Below are positions 21,001-31,900 of a DNA stretch of 64,000 bases, piece after piece. How positions within the stretch are numbered: the stretch's first letter is position 1; the number at the start of each line of letters is the position of its first letter. The notes under the pieces were generated by a model, which searched no databases, was not told where the DNA came from, and saw nothing but the letters and a program-made list of their open reading frames with translations. A program made the position numbers and the translations under genes. Source of the DNA: a virus. The stretch is from positions 61,947 to 125,946 of IMG/VR virus record IMGVR_UViG_3300017917_002762, one strand, 5' to 3'.

Positions 21001-21315
21001 AAGGATATCTTCATCTTCCCATAACGGAGTAAATAACTTTTCAGCTTCATCAACATTTTGTTTTAATGAAAGATCTTTTGATGAAAGTTGTTTAATTTGT
21101 TCTTTAGTATTTTCTAAAAATTGATTTACATATTCATTATTCTGAGGATTAGATAATGAATTAACAAGTTTATCATAATTACTTGCTATTTCATTATAGT
21201 TAGTATCATATTTAGCTTGTGCTTTTTGTAAAGCATTAGCCATATATGAAAAATTAGGAGTGTATTGTATTGGATTAAATCCTGTATCGGTAGCACCTTG
21301 TAAATATGTTGACAT
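18061..21315 (-). CDS. Putative virion cargo/ejection protein (1084 aa)
   Basis: Long helical, N/K-rich ORF directly upstream of the RNAP gene. Its N-terminus (MSTYLQG...YTPNFSYMANALQKAQAKYD) resembles crAss-like cargo proteins. No catalytic motif recognised. Confidence 0.6.
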   Translation of the reverse strand: MSTYLQGATDTGFNPIQYTPNFSYMANALQKAQAKYDTNYNEIASNYDKLVNSLSNPQNNEYVNQFLENTKEQIKQLSSKDLSLKQNVDEAEKLFTPLWEDEDILADYKITKQYQSQIQEYNKLKNSDKKEDRDRAWDKGLQFVQLTLQNLKLAKRGDGSIQKIKVNEYVPNIDVHAEVNKYLNESGYKDGITSIKNENGRLVLVTNGPGSKETYSAVVDNFIKNRPDLQKIFMVEGVVDFQNMVNNERFNNPNITKEEAEQYAKKNYIATKTSEFESKINNYNSILKGTTNDDGLESKYIKLSTEISNDYDKGIEPTIEKLNEFKEYQTQISSINQQINKYKSVLKDLQSDDFNRPDVNLNGYFAEQYRHIFSENVALTRAAATTEKLINDSEAVAAMKMIAHQEDQNRKYGAIQEIVRTDNKGNVVITQKGYNENGSSSIPEDITFQSNENIQTNVKESASKISEKKADVPIVVNNKTTQEDLEKSFYINFNRNIQKNRDLFISGVAQYINTDSKLGSDFPSIYKYVDYLSSLINGTTALNKNIPSEENLKKTFNDLKNNENTKDYFKNFESYNSTPSLQLRSLLDYIDASTTNPSLERANLRPLIDDAASKFTMSNGIMLDFKEYNKKSKINPEFKTILKKDKKGNNRIINADDVVNLAETVYKLTDKELPWWEQGRNLGHYVLGDNVNERKGSLENAKILYNGKLPKDIAQAYVDGRLKVDEVYRKEYTTSDEGWDRINTKRYEYKDKDGGIWDLTDLVEKLNGLVPEKLKEKINKYNDVLFLDFNSFLEKKYPQYDRSFVLNKTLQYTNDPSTPKNENSKLIAQDAISNNQGNIIEKTDGVILPNNYNQLIKNQNRDDVNKVLEIILKNPTELDKVLSKTELSYSGKTSDKSLVKLIFDSDNLNNLIKKNFQLKPNSSEEKQLMGIAQSFVINGVELNVDNNVFLKYAKDDYMSSVITDEMLSKGIKASDYEKNKLHYDYTLTLGSNDQINVRYKVKKYDPTSNTFEWTEFEPQSYPKEIGVDNILRSLREGFMPNTQAIYNYLKQQSENKSTKLKNFKKKEGESSENHINRILNANNY

Positions 21316-21388
21316 AATTTTATATTAATATGAATATACTAAAAAAAGTTAAAAATAAAAAACTAAACTTTTAAAGTTTATATTATTA

Positions 21389-23533
21389 TTAATCATCTTC
21401 AAAGTTAATATTGTTATTATTATTTTTATTTTTTAAATATCTAGATGTATAAATTTTACCATATATTTGAGCTAATGTATCATCTGTTGCTCTTGGAAAC
21501 GATTTTCTTAATGTTTCTGGATCTATATTAGAATTAGCAGTAGCACGTTTTTTAAGATAATTATCTCTAGCTTGTGGAGATTTAAAGGTTATCCTACCAT
21601 TTCTAGGATCTATAAAATAATCTTCAGATGTTGTTCTATTTATATTATATAATGAAGATGCATTTTCATGACCTTGTGCAAATGATTGTAATAAAGCAAG
21701 TCTAGCTTGTCTCACTGCATTTTGATATTGTTGTTCACCAATTACACCAGCATCATATAATCTTTTAGCTCTTTCTGTATCAAATTGCATTTGTTGATTA
21801 GCAATTTGAGCTTGTTGTTGAGAAGCTTGATTTGCTAAAGGAACATTCATTCCTGCATATTTGTTCATTATTTGTGAAACATTTTTAGCAGTGTTACCAG
21901 ATAAATTTAAATATCTAGCTTGTGGTCCAGATAACATATTATATGCTTGTTGTGTAGCATACGCGTTGGCAGCATTTTCTGATAACTCTTGAGTAGGATC
22001 ATAATAAGTTACTTCAGGACTTTTTAGTTTTGCAACTGGTTCCCAAGGAGTAGCTTTTTTTATAGATGCTAAATTATAAGCAGAATTTAATAATCCTAAT
22101 TTATCAGGAGTAGTCCATCCATAAGGAATTTCATCAACATTATTATCAGAATCATTATCAGAATCATTATTTAATGATTTAACTTTTAATGCTGCATTTT
22201 GAGCATTTGAAATTAAATTAGCTGTAGGATTACTTAATTCAACAGGTAAATTTCTTATACCAATTGATGGTATAGTTTTTAATTTATTAGCATTATAATC
22301 ATAATAATGTAAATCATTAGTTCCAGGTTTTTCTTTAAAATATTTATTATGAAAATTAATAACCTCTGGATTATTTACATCAGATAAATATTTAGCTTTT
22401 GCTAAATCTTGTAAAGTATATCCTTGAGGAGCATATTTTTTAACAGACATTTTCCAAGAATTAGGATCATAGTTTTTACTTTTTTGAGCAGTTGTTAACT
22501 CAATTAATTCAGAAGGTTCTCCATCTTTATCATAATATACATAACCATCGTCATCAGTTTCTTTTTTAAAGTTATTAAGTAATCCTGATGTAGCTAATGA
22601 AATAGGAATAGGTTGATATTTTATATTATTTTTTAACTTATAATTTATACCTTCTTGAGCTTTTAATAAACCGCCTCCATATTTAAAACCCATACCATCC
22701 ATAGCAACAGGCATTTCTTCTTGCATTTCATCACCTTGTTCTTGAATATTATTAATTTTATTATAATATTCTTTTGCTATTTCAGGAATGCCTTGAGGAA
22801 ATCCTTTTTTACCTTCTTGTGCTATTGCTAATTGCGATAATTTTGTATTATAATTATCAATCATTAGTTGAGCAGTTCTTTTCATTATAGCATCAGCTCT
22901 AGGATTATTTAATATAGTTTGATATTTATTAATATCATATTGCTTTGCTAATTGTGCAGGTGTATATTTTTTATCTGTTTTATCAGATTTACCAAAAACT
23001 TTTAATACATCACCACCTAATCTCATTTTAGGAGTATCAGAAAAAACAAAACTTCCTTCAGGTACATTTAAAGGAGTTCCTCCTTGAGAATGTTTTTTAC
23101 CACCAATTTTAAAATGATATTTGCCACCTTTATAAGGAGTAATAATAGTTTCACCTTTTTCTGCTTCAATATTAGCTTCTTCTCTTGGTACTTCTTTTAT
23201 ATGATCATTTAAAGTTTTTTCTTCATCTTGATTCATATATAATCTACGAGAACCTAAATCTAAAGCATGACCCATTTGACCACCATATTCAGCAGTTTCT
23301 ATTTCTTCTTCTGATTGCATATTTTCTTGCTGATTAGATACAGCAACATACATTTGTTGTAATGCTTGTTGTTGTTCATTAGGTTGCATTTTTTGAAGTT
23401 GCAACAAAATAGTTTTAGGATCAACACCAGTTTTTTGAGCATATGCTTTTACAACTTCAATAATTTGTTGTTGATTTTGCTCACCACCATTTTGGTATTC
23501 AGGTTGTTTTATTATTCTTACTTTATATTTCAT
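21389..23533 (-). CDS. Putative virion cargo protein (714 aa) with an AEKGE...HSQGG module and a Q/A-rich helical C-terminus
   Basis: EANIEAEKGETII...GGKKHSQGGTPLNVPEGSFVFSD is the E.E.gE/H..GG module typical of crAss-like cargo proteins; cargo-block position. Confidence 0.6.
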   Translation of the reverse strand: MKYKVRIIKQPEYQNGGEQNQQQIIEVVKAYAQKTGVDPKTILLQLQKMQPNEQQQALQQMYVAVSNQQENMQSEEEIETAEYGGQMGHALDLGSRRLYMNQDEEKTLNDHIKEVPREEANIEAEKGETIITPYKGGKYHFKIGGKKHSQGGTPLNVPEGSFVFSDTPKMRLGGDVLKVFGKSDKTDKKYTPAQLAKQYDINKYQTILNNPRADAIMKRTAQLMIDNYNTKLSQLAIAQEGKKGFPQGIPEIAKEYYNKINNIQEQGDEMQEEMPVAMDGMGFKYGGGLLKAQEGINYKLKNNIKYQPIPISLATSGLLNNFKKETDDDGYVYYDKDGEPSELIELTTAQKSKNYDPNSWKMSVKKYAPQGYTLQDLAKAKYLSDVNNPEVINFHNKYFKEKPGTNDLHYYDYNANKLKTIPSIGIRNLPVELSNPTANLISNAQNAALKVKSLNNDSDNDSDNNVDEIPYGWTTPDKLGLLNSAYNLASIKKATPWEPVAKLKSPEVTYYDPTQELSENAANAYATQQAYNMLSGPQARYLNLSGNTAKNVSQIMNKYAGMNVPLANQASQQQAQIANQQMQFDTERAKRLYDAGVIGEQQYQNAVRQARLALLQSFAQGHENASSLYNINRTTSEDYFIDPRNGRITFKSPQARDNYLKKRATANSNIDPETLRKSFPRATDDTLAQIYGKIYTSRYLKNKNNNNNINFEDD

Positions 23534-23543
23534 TGTTACAAAT

Positions 23544-25952
23544 TTAATCTAAAAATTCAAGCTGTCCACCAGCTTTTAAAAATTGTTGTATTTCATTCTC
23601 ATCCATTTCTACTACTTGTCCACCAAGTTGTTGACCTCCATATTTCATAATCTCATAATTTGTTCCTGCTAATTTATTATATGAATTTAATTTATTTTTA
23701 AAATCAACACCCCATTTTAATTTATTTCCATAATCTTTTCTAGGAATTATATTAAATACAGATTTATCTCCTTCCATTGCTCTCTTTGCAAAAGCAGGTT
23801 GATACCATGCACCTAATGCATATACACCATAATTTTTAATATGATCAGACATTAAAGATCTTGCAGCAGCATATTCAACATCAGGATTTGTATCAAATGC
23901 GGATTTAAATTCATTAAATGTTTTAAAATTAGATCTTAAATTTTTATCATTTTTAAATATCTGTTTTAGTGTATCTGTTGTAATTTGATATGTTCCAGAA
24001 GCAGTTGCTCTTTTACCACCTTTACCAATAAGTCTTGTTCTAAATCCTACTTTAGTTTGACCAGGTTTTACACCAGATTCATGTCCAGAAACAGCTTGTA
24101 ATGCAAGATCTACATCAATAGGTCCATCAATAGATCTATTTTTATTAATAGTATATGAAGGACTATTTAAAGGAACAACTGGTGGAGCTACTCTTGTATT
24201 ATCATGTAAAGCTGAAGGAAGTGAATATAAAGATTCATAATTAATTGGAACTGGAATATTTTCTTCTGGACTTTCTAATCCATAATCTGCTAATGTTTCT
24301 ATTTGTGGTTCAAATCCACCAACAGCATATTTAGGAACTTCCATTCCATATTTACCATACATACCTTTAAAAGACATATTAGAATAAGATATTTTTTTAC
24401 CTGTATTAGGATCATAATCTCCTTTACTTGCAGAAGGTGCATTTGAAAATATAGAATCTGTAGAACCTTGTGATATTAATGAATTGTTATAATCATCATT
24501 TAATCTACTTTGTTCCATAGAATTTGTAATTAAATCTCCTATACCAATAAGATTAGAATTAAAATCAGAAATACCTCTCATTGTTTTTTGAAATTTAGTT
24601 TTTCCATTATTCCATCTATCAATAAAAGAAGATTTATTATTTGTTATATCATATGGATCAGATGCATCAGATGTTTCTATTACATTACTTCTATCAGAAT
24701 AATATTGAGAATTATCTTGATTATTATTTGTATTCCAAGTGTTTACAAAACCATTATCAGGAGATATTTGAATTTCTTCACCATCATTTATTTTTGGACC
24801 GCCCCCTTTAAAATAATATCCACCAGCAGAAACATAAGTACCTGAATCAGAATTTTTATGAAACTTACCATCCATTCCATAATATCCCCCATGTTTAAAA
24901 TTTCTCATAGCAGGAAATACATTTCCTCCTTCTTCATGAAATCCGTGATGTTTTTTAAATGTTTGTGCAAGATTCCATTGAGGACTTCCTTTAGGACAAT
25001 CATAATTAGGAGATCCTGGTGTACATCTTCCTGGATGTTTAACAGCACTTTGTATCCAATTACCTCCTGTTTTATATTCTGGTATTAATGGACCACCATA
25101 TTTTCTCATTAAATTATTATAATTTGTATTTGCTATTTCAGGAGCAGGAGTTCTATTTATTCTAAAAGGATTATTAGTACTAGAAACTGATCTCATAGTA
25201 TTAGCTGGTGACATAGGTTGTCTATTTGCAGCACTATAATTTACAGGATTAGGTTTTGTATTTTGATATTCTGTATTTTTTTCTACTTCCCAATAAGGTT
25301 GTCCTTTTAAAACTGTTGTACCAGGACCATATGTATCTGGAATAATACCATTTCTAAAAGCACTATCTATTTCGCTTTTATTCCAATTTCCTTCAAAAAT
25401 AGGTTTATATATTTTTTGAGCAGATGTTTTACCAAAATTATCTTTATAATAATTAGGTGAATTTAATAATTCATACCTTATTTTTTTACTTGGTGCTGTA
25501 GTTTTTTGAAAATCATTAAATATAGCAGCACTTCTTGCACCTAACATATTGTCTGGTGCAAAAGATTGTACACCATTATAATTAACAAATCCTGCTTTTG
25601 CTGCACCATATTTGTTAATCATTTGTTTCATTAATTCTGGATTATTACTAGAAATATGTTTATACATATCTTCTTGAAAATTTCTAGCATTATCAGTTCT
25701 CCAACCATATTTTTTACCAGCTTCCATTAATTGTTCTGGTGTTATATTTTGAGTATTATTATAAAAAGAATTATTTTGACCTGTAGGTGTTAACTGACGA
25801 CCAGATGTATAAACTTGTATACCATTTTGTGCTTCTTGTAATTTATCACACGCTTCAGGGTAATCATTGCAAAATGATTCTTGGTCAGGATAATAATTAT
25901 AAAACTCATTTTCTGTTAAACCTGTAAGGTTTAATATTTCTTGCTTATTCAT
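23544..25952 (-). CDS. Modular putative virion protein (802 aa) with a C-terminal lysozyme/lytic-transglycosylase-like domain
   Basis: ALQAVSGHESG...ATASGTYQITTDT...AAARSLMSDHIKNYG...GAWY (~23790-24110) fits the SLT/lysozyme pattern (catalytic E in ES, A.G.yQ). Also a small NWIQSAVKHPGRC...DCPKGS module. Confidence 0.65.
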   Translation of the reverse strand: MNKQEILNLTGLTENEFYNYYPDQESFCNDYPEACDKLQEAQNGIQVYTSGRQLTPTGQNNSFYNNTQNITPEQLMEAGKKYGWRTDNARNFQEDMYKHISSNNPELMKQMINKYGAAKAGFVNYNGVQSFAPDNMLGARSAAIFNDFQKTTAPSKKIRYELLNSPNYYKDNFGKTSAQKIYKPIFEGNWNKSEIDSAFRNGIIPDTYGPGTTVLKGQPYWEVEKNTEYQNTKPNPVNYSAANRQPMSPANTMRSVSSTNNPFRINRTPAPEIANTNYNNLMRKYGGPLIPEYKTGGNWIQSAVKHPGRCTPGSPNYDCPKGSPQWNLAQTFKKHHGFHEEGGNVFPAMRNFKHGGYYGMDGKFHKNSDSGTYVSAGGYYFKGGGPKINDGEEIQISPDNGFVNTWNTNNNQDNSQYYSDRSNVIETSDASDPYDITNNKSSFIDRWNNGKTKFQKTMRGISDFNSNLIGIGDLITNSMEQSRLNDDYNNSLISQGSTDSIFSNAPSASKGDYDPNTGKKISYSNMSFKGMYGKYGMEVPKYAVGGFEPQIETLADYGLESPEENIPVPINYESLYSLPSALHDNTRVAPPVVPLNSPSYTINKNRSIDGPIDVDLALQAVSGHESGVKPGQTKVGFRTRLIGKGGKRATASGTYQITTDTLKQIFKNDKNLRSNFKTFNEFKSAFDTNPDVEYAAARSLMSDHIKNYGVYALGAWYQPAFAKRAMEGDKSVFNIIPRKDYGNKLKWGVDFKNKLNSYNKLAGTNYEIMKYGGQQLGGQVVEMDENEIQQFLKAGGQLEFLD

Positions 25953-25997
25953 AATAAACGATGTATAATATAATTTACTAAATTTTAATGATTTTAT

Positions 25998-28900
25998 CTA
26001 ATTTTTAAGAAAGTCTAACCAGTTTCTATTATCTTTTTTAACCACTGGGTTTAATGTTGATTGTCCACCTATTGCCATTATCTGTCCACCTTGTTTTTTA
26101 TAACCTTTTGATTTCATATAATTTAAAATTCTTTTATATTCTTTTTCTGATATATCTGGTTTTCTTCCTGGAGCAATCATCTGATGAGTTATAATATCTT
26201 TAACTGATAAATTATATTTTTTAGCAATTGGAGTATAGTATTCAATAAATGATTCTATTTGTTGTTGAGTTAACGGTTGTTTATTTGTATCACCTTGAAA
26301 CTCAACACCTATACTAAAATCATTTACATTATCTCTATTATTCCATTTAGATTCTCCTGCATGAAATGTTACTTGTTCTGGAGATGCATATACTGTTCTT
26401 TTACCATCTTCTTCAATAACTACATGTGATGTATTTGCATTTGGACTCATATATTGTTTTCTAACTTCTTCTTCATTAGTCAAAGGATTTGTATAAGCTG
26501 TATGATGAAGTACAACATTCTTTATTTCATTTTTAAGTTTATGTCCTTTTTTATAACTATCATCTTTAACAGTTCTTACATTAGGTGTTTGTAAATAAGT
26601 TTCAGGATATTTATTTATTGGTTGTTTATAATCATAAATATATAATCCATTACCGCCACTTGTATTTTCTAAATCATAAGCTTTAAGTCTATCTGGAGTT
26701 AATTTTTTATCTTTATAAGATAAACCTCTAGAATATGTACCATTATCAAGAGTATATGCCTCTAAATATTTATTATTACCTTTTAATCTTTTAAATTCAT
26801 TTTTTATATGTTCAACACTTCCAGAAACAAGATATTGTTCTTTTGTTGTTGGATTTACAAATAATATACGACCACCTTGTACTTGACCATAGTAATCTTT
26901 TTTATCATCTCCTTTAACTAATATATTTAATGAACCATCAATAATTTTTCCATTATCATCCAATACCTTTATTTTTGGTTGTTTATATGCAGGATTTCCT
27001 GATTTTGCTCCATCAATATATTCATTTTTACCTGAAGACTCAGCAAAATCTATAATATTATTTTTAAATGTTTTGCTAAATACATAATCTTTATTATTCT
27101 TAAAATCCTTATATTGACCTGTATGTAAATTACCATCTTTATCTAAAGCTAATACACTTGTATTATCTGGTAATTGATTTTTACTAAAAGGATTAAATGT
27201 TGTAATTTCAAGACCATCTGTATTTATGTCTTTATAATCACCTCTATTTCTAAAACCAAATTTAACATTTGAAATAGGTAATAATTGTTGTTTATAAGTT
27301 CTTCCAGAATTACCAGGTGCATTTATTGTAGTTATTTCTCCAGGATATTTTTGATTATAATATTCAAATACTGTTTTTGGTTTATCTGATTCTTTAACTT
27401 TTACATCATTGTCGCTACCTGTATGAGTAGCAAATTTACGTTTAATTCCATTTTCTGCTGTAGTATATAGATCAGAAAGATAATTAAATGAATTATCTAT
27501 TGTATTAAATATATTACTGTTAGATTGTGTAATATTTTTATTATTGATTAATGTTGAACCATGTGTAATATCTCCTTGAAATAAATTATTTTTTGCATCT
27601 GTTACTGTAATAATATAAGGATTTATTTTAAGATCATTTGATTGAATTTTATTATCTTTTTTAGTATTATTTACTGGATTATATGATAAATAATTTTCAT
27701 AAACTGTAGGTTTATATTTATAAAAAGGTGTCTGTAAAATATTTGTATTTGGAGATTTTAGATTAGTTTGTGTATTATTTAAATAGATTTGTTTTTCATT
27801 ACTTCCATAACCTGCCCAATAATTATTTTTATTTATAAATTTAAGAAGATTTTCTCTTGCTATTTTATTATCTGATATATCAGCCCATGTTTTACCATTT
27901 TTAGTTTTATAATAAGTTTTATTTCCTTCTATTATATAATCATAATGTGGACTATAGTTATCTATAATTATTTTTTTATTATCTGTTGTTGGTATCTCTT
28001 CAAATCTTAATTCTCTATCAAATTTTTCAGGAATAATTAATTTATTTCCAGATTTAATTAAATTTGGATTCTGTATATTATTAGCATTGGCTAATGTATT
28101 TAAAGGAACATTATATCTATTTGATATATTTGATAGCGTATCTCCTTTTTGAATTTGATATGTACTACCTCCTTTTTGATATTCCATACCATACATATCA
28201 TTAGCTGCACGTTTATATCCTTTTGTAGCAAAATAATCTGCTACATCCCAAGAAGGTGCTTCTATATATTCTTGTGTTTGATAAGGTTGATAAGATAGTT
28301 GTTCAGGACCTGTTTGTATAATAGTTGGATATACTATATTATCACTACTACCCATTAACAATGTTGATATGTCATTGCTATTAGGATCCTGTCCAGGAAT
28401 ATATTTTGTAGGAATACCTCCTTGATAACCAAATCCAGCAGCACGTTGCATAAAGTTTTTACCTAAATTTCTTTGTAACAAAACTTTAGAAATAGCATCC
28501 ATGCTTGGATCATTCACCATAGGCTTATTAGTTCTCCAATACACTTCTTTTCCTGTCTGTGCTGTTATAAATGGTCTTTTATTATTAGTTTTTGCAATTG
28601 TATTTAAGATATTTATGATTGTTTCGTCATCATAATAGTGTCTTAAATCTTCTAAAGGGCTATAAATAGAATCATTACTTAAAATTGACTTATCAACTTT
28701 TTGTCCAGGTTTAAGATTAAGAGTTCTTCTAATATCCATTATTCTTGGATACATTCCATCTTTATTTAAATATTTTTCTATTTTTTTCCAAACATTATCA
28801 TAAAGTTTAGGAACTCTTTTATATATTTCTTCAAAAGTTTCTTTTGTAAATTTATTTGTTTTTGGATTATAGTTAGATATTCCCATTTGTTCTACAAAAC

Positions 28901-31900
28901 GAGCTTTAGAATCTTTTTTATTAAAATATTTCCAATCAATAACATCTTCCATTGCTTTTTGTAAAGGTTGTGCTGCATGTACTCCTTCATGAGCAATTGT
29001 TCCTGGTAAATTAAAAGAATTAACTATAATTTGTTTTGTATTTGGATTATAACTTCCTAATTCAGATACTCCTGTTATATAATTATGACTATTAAAATAA
29101 GGATTTCCACCAAATGTACTTGGAGATTTCCATTCTTGTAACTCATTATTATATTCAAGATCACTTGCAGAAACATCAGCTTTTTTAACAAGTTCTCTAC
29201 TAAAAGTTGGAGTATTTTGTAAAATATTTATAGCTTGAGAAGTTAACTGACTTGGATTTGTATTTTGGTGAAAAAAACTCTCTTGTAAGTTTTGTTTTAA
29301 TCTTTTTTGTGTTTCTGAATTTTGATACCAATTTTTTAAAAATGGATCAAGATCATTATACATTTTATATGTACTTTGAACATTATCTAAATTATACCAC
29401 CAATCTAATATAGTGTTACCTCTTTTTTTACCAGTTGTACCACCACCTTGATAACTATTTTTAATCTTTCTTTCTTGTTCCAACATTTCTTTTGTTGGAG
29501 CTTTACCAGATCCTCTATTGGCTCTAATATTATCCCACAATCCTCTTCTAGAATATGATCCATCTGCACGTTTTATCATTTCACCACCATCTTCATATTC
29601 TTGAAATATCCCTTGTTGTTTTAATTTATTAATTTCTTCTGGAGTATAATAACCAATTTGAGAAGGTAATAAAGAAGTATTATAACCAATTAATCTACTA
29701 TCGGGAAATTTAGTATACACTGGTGCTCCTGATGGTTGTAATATAAAATAATTTTTTTGTGGAATAATTTTTTTATTTGTTAATTTAGGATTTATAGAAT
29801 AATTATTATATGTGGGAATTTGATTTAAGTTTTCTTTTTCTTTATATAATACTTGTTGTACTGGTTTTTTATATTCATGCACTCCATAAGTAGCTGTATT
29901 TCTATCTATCCCTGCATTTATTAAATCCTGCCTAGTTAAATTAGTAGGTCTTCTATTTTTATCTACTAAAAACTCCCCATTTGAATTTTTTTGCATAATA
30001 ATACTATACCCCCTTATAGGCTTAATTTGTTCATCCGAAATTGGAGTATAAACACCTGACAAAAGATTGTTACTTTTTATAAAATTTAAGTAATTATTTA
30101 CTTTAGGATGACTACTTGTATATAAACTCAAACTATCATCATAAGCTTGTTTTCTTTTTTTATATTCATTAATATCAGATGTAATAAAAGGTGCAACATT
30201 TCCACCACCTTGCATCATAGGATATTCATCTACATAATTAGCTCCAGGAAAATAGTAATCTTGTTCTGGGTACATCATAGTAGTCATACCATTATTAGCT
30301 TTAGCTAATACAGGATATGGTACATTTTGCATAGTTATATTTTTACCTGATATTCTAGTAATTTCTCCAGGATGTGCCCATTGTCCTCTGTTATCTTTTA
30401 TTATACCACCATGTTTATGTTGCTTAACTCCATAATGAGGAAGCATTACATGTTCTCCTTTTTGAAAAGGTCTTGATATGTCTTTTGGAATTACACCTCT
30501 TTTTACTTGCTCATCTATTTCAGAGTTTAGATATTTTGAAATATCATCTGCTCCATATCCATATTTTGATAAAAATCCCATTGGGTTCATCGGTTTATAA
30601 CCAAGAAACTGAGGATCTCCTTTAGTGTATTTAAACACTTGTTTTAACTGAGGAAGATATGAACTATGTGATGTGTTTGTACTTCCTGTAAATACATCTC
30701 CAGACTTAATACCTTCAGGAGCAAAGTTAACTTTTTTAGAAACATTTTTTAAATTACCTGATTCTGCTAAAAAAAGATCTGGAACTTTTTCAAGAACTTC
30801 TCCAGGATGATATGGATAATCTTGTATATTTTTATTTATAAAGTTTTTTAACTTATAATTAATAATTTGACTAGTTCGTCTTTTTTGATTAACATATCTA
30901 TTCCAATCATCACCTAAAGTTTGAAAAAGTGTTCTTCTAGATTCTTCTTGTCCTGGAATAAGTGTTCTTCCTCTTCTAGAACCAGTATTTATTTCTGAAC
31001 TATAATTATCTAATGTATGTCTAAGAATATCACTTCTGTTTAGAATATCACTTCTGTTTTGTGTTGGCATAGTAGACCTAGCAAAATTAATAAGTTCTTC
31101 TTCTGTCATACCAGCAAGAGCAGCAAAATTTGATATTTCTTCAGGAGAACTATTCATTATATCAATCGTTGTTTGGATTGGAGTAGAGGTTCTTCTTGGA
31201 GGTCTTTGTAAATTTATTCTATTTATTATATTATTAGATTCAGCAGTTTCTCTTCTACCAAAACCTCTATCTAATAAAGATTGAGCTTCTTCTTTAGATG
31301 CACCAAATAATTTTTGAAAATGTTCTTCTGGAAGATTATTATTTAAACCATATCTCATTTGTTCAGCATATGATGCATTAGTTGCTCTAAGTCTACCTAT
31401 TTCTTGAACTTTTCTAAAAGTTTTAACATCTTCAGGATTCATTCTTGGAATATCTTTTTTTAAAGGGATACCATTAATTCTTCCAATTGCTTCTTTAACG
31501 TTTTCAGCTCTTGGAATATCTAAAAAAGTTTTAACTACATTTTGTGTAATAGGATGTTTAATTAAATTTGGAACACCTAAAGCCATATTATTTAAAAATT
31601 CAGCATTAGAAACTTCATTGGTCCAAAACTTTTTACTAATTGGATTTATACTTCCAGATCCCATAGATCTACCCATAACTAATGGAGTGGCAATAGCTGT
31701 AAGATATGGAAGAATAGAGTTAGATTGTTGAGCTTCATAAGGAGCTTGCGCTAAATTTCCTGCTATATCTCCAACCCATTGAACAGGATTTAATGCATGA
31801 GGTAATTTATTTATTTTTCCTCTTTGTTTTAAAGCATTTCCTCTAACATAATTTTTTTCTCTCCAATTCATTTTATCAAATGTTTTTCTTTGACCATTTG

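Noticed and set aside
21364-21380. TAAACTT-TTA-AAGTTTA palindrome between cargo genes
   Set aside because: Almost entirely AT with a weak stem; likely by chance in this composition and not supportable as a terminator or operator.
22142-22170. Short tandem repeats (attatcagaatc x2 here; 18-bp duplication at 31024-31059) as CRISPR-like or contingency loci
   Set aside because: Only two copies each, in frame, within low-complexity linkers, with no spacers. These are ordinary slippage duplications.
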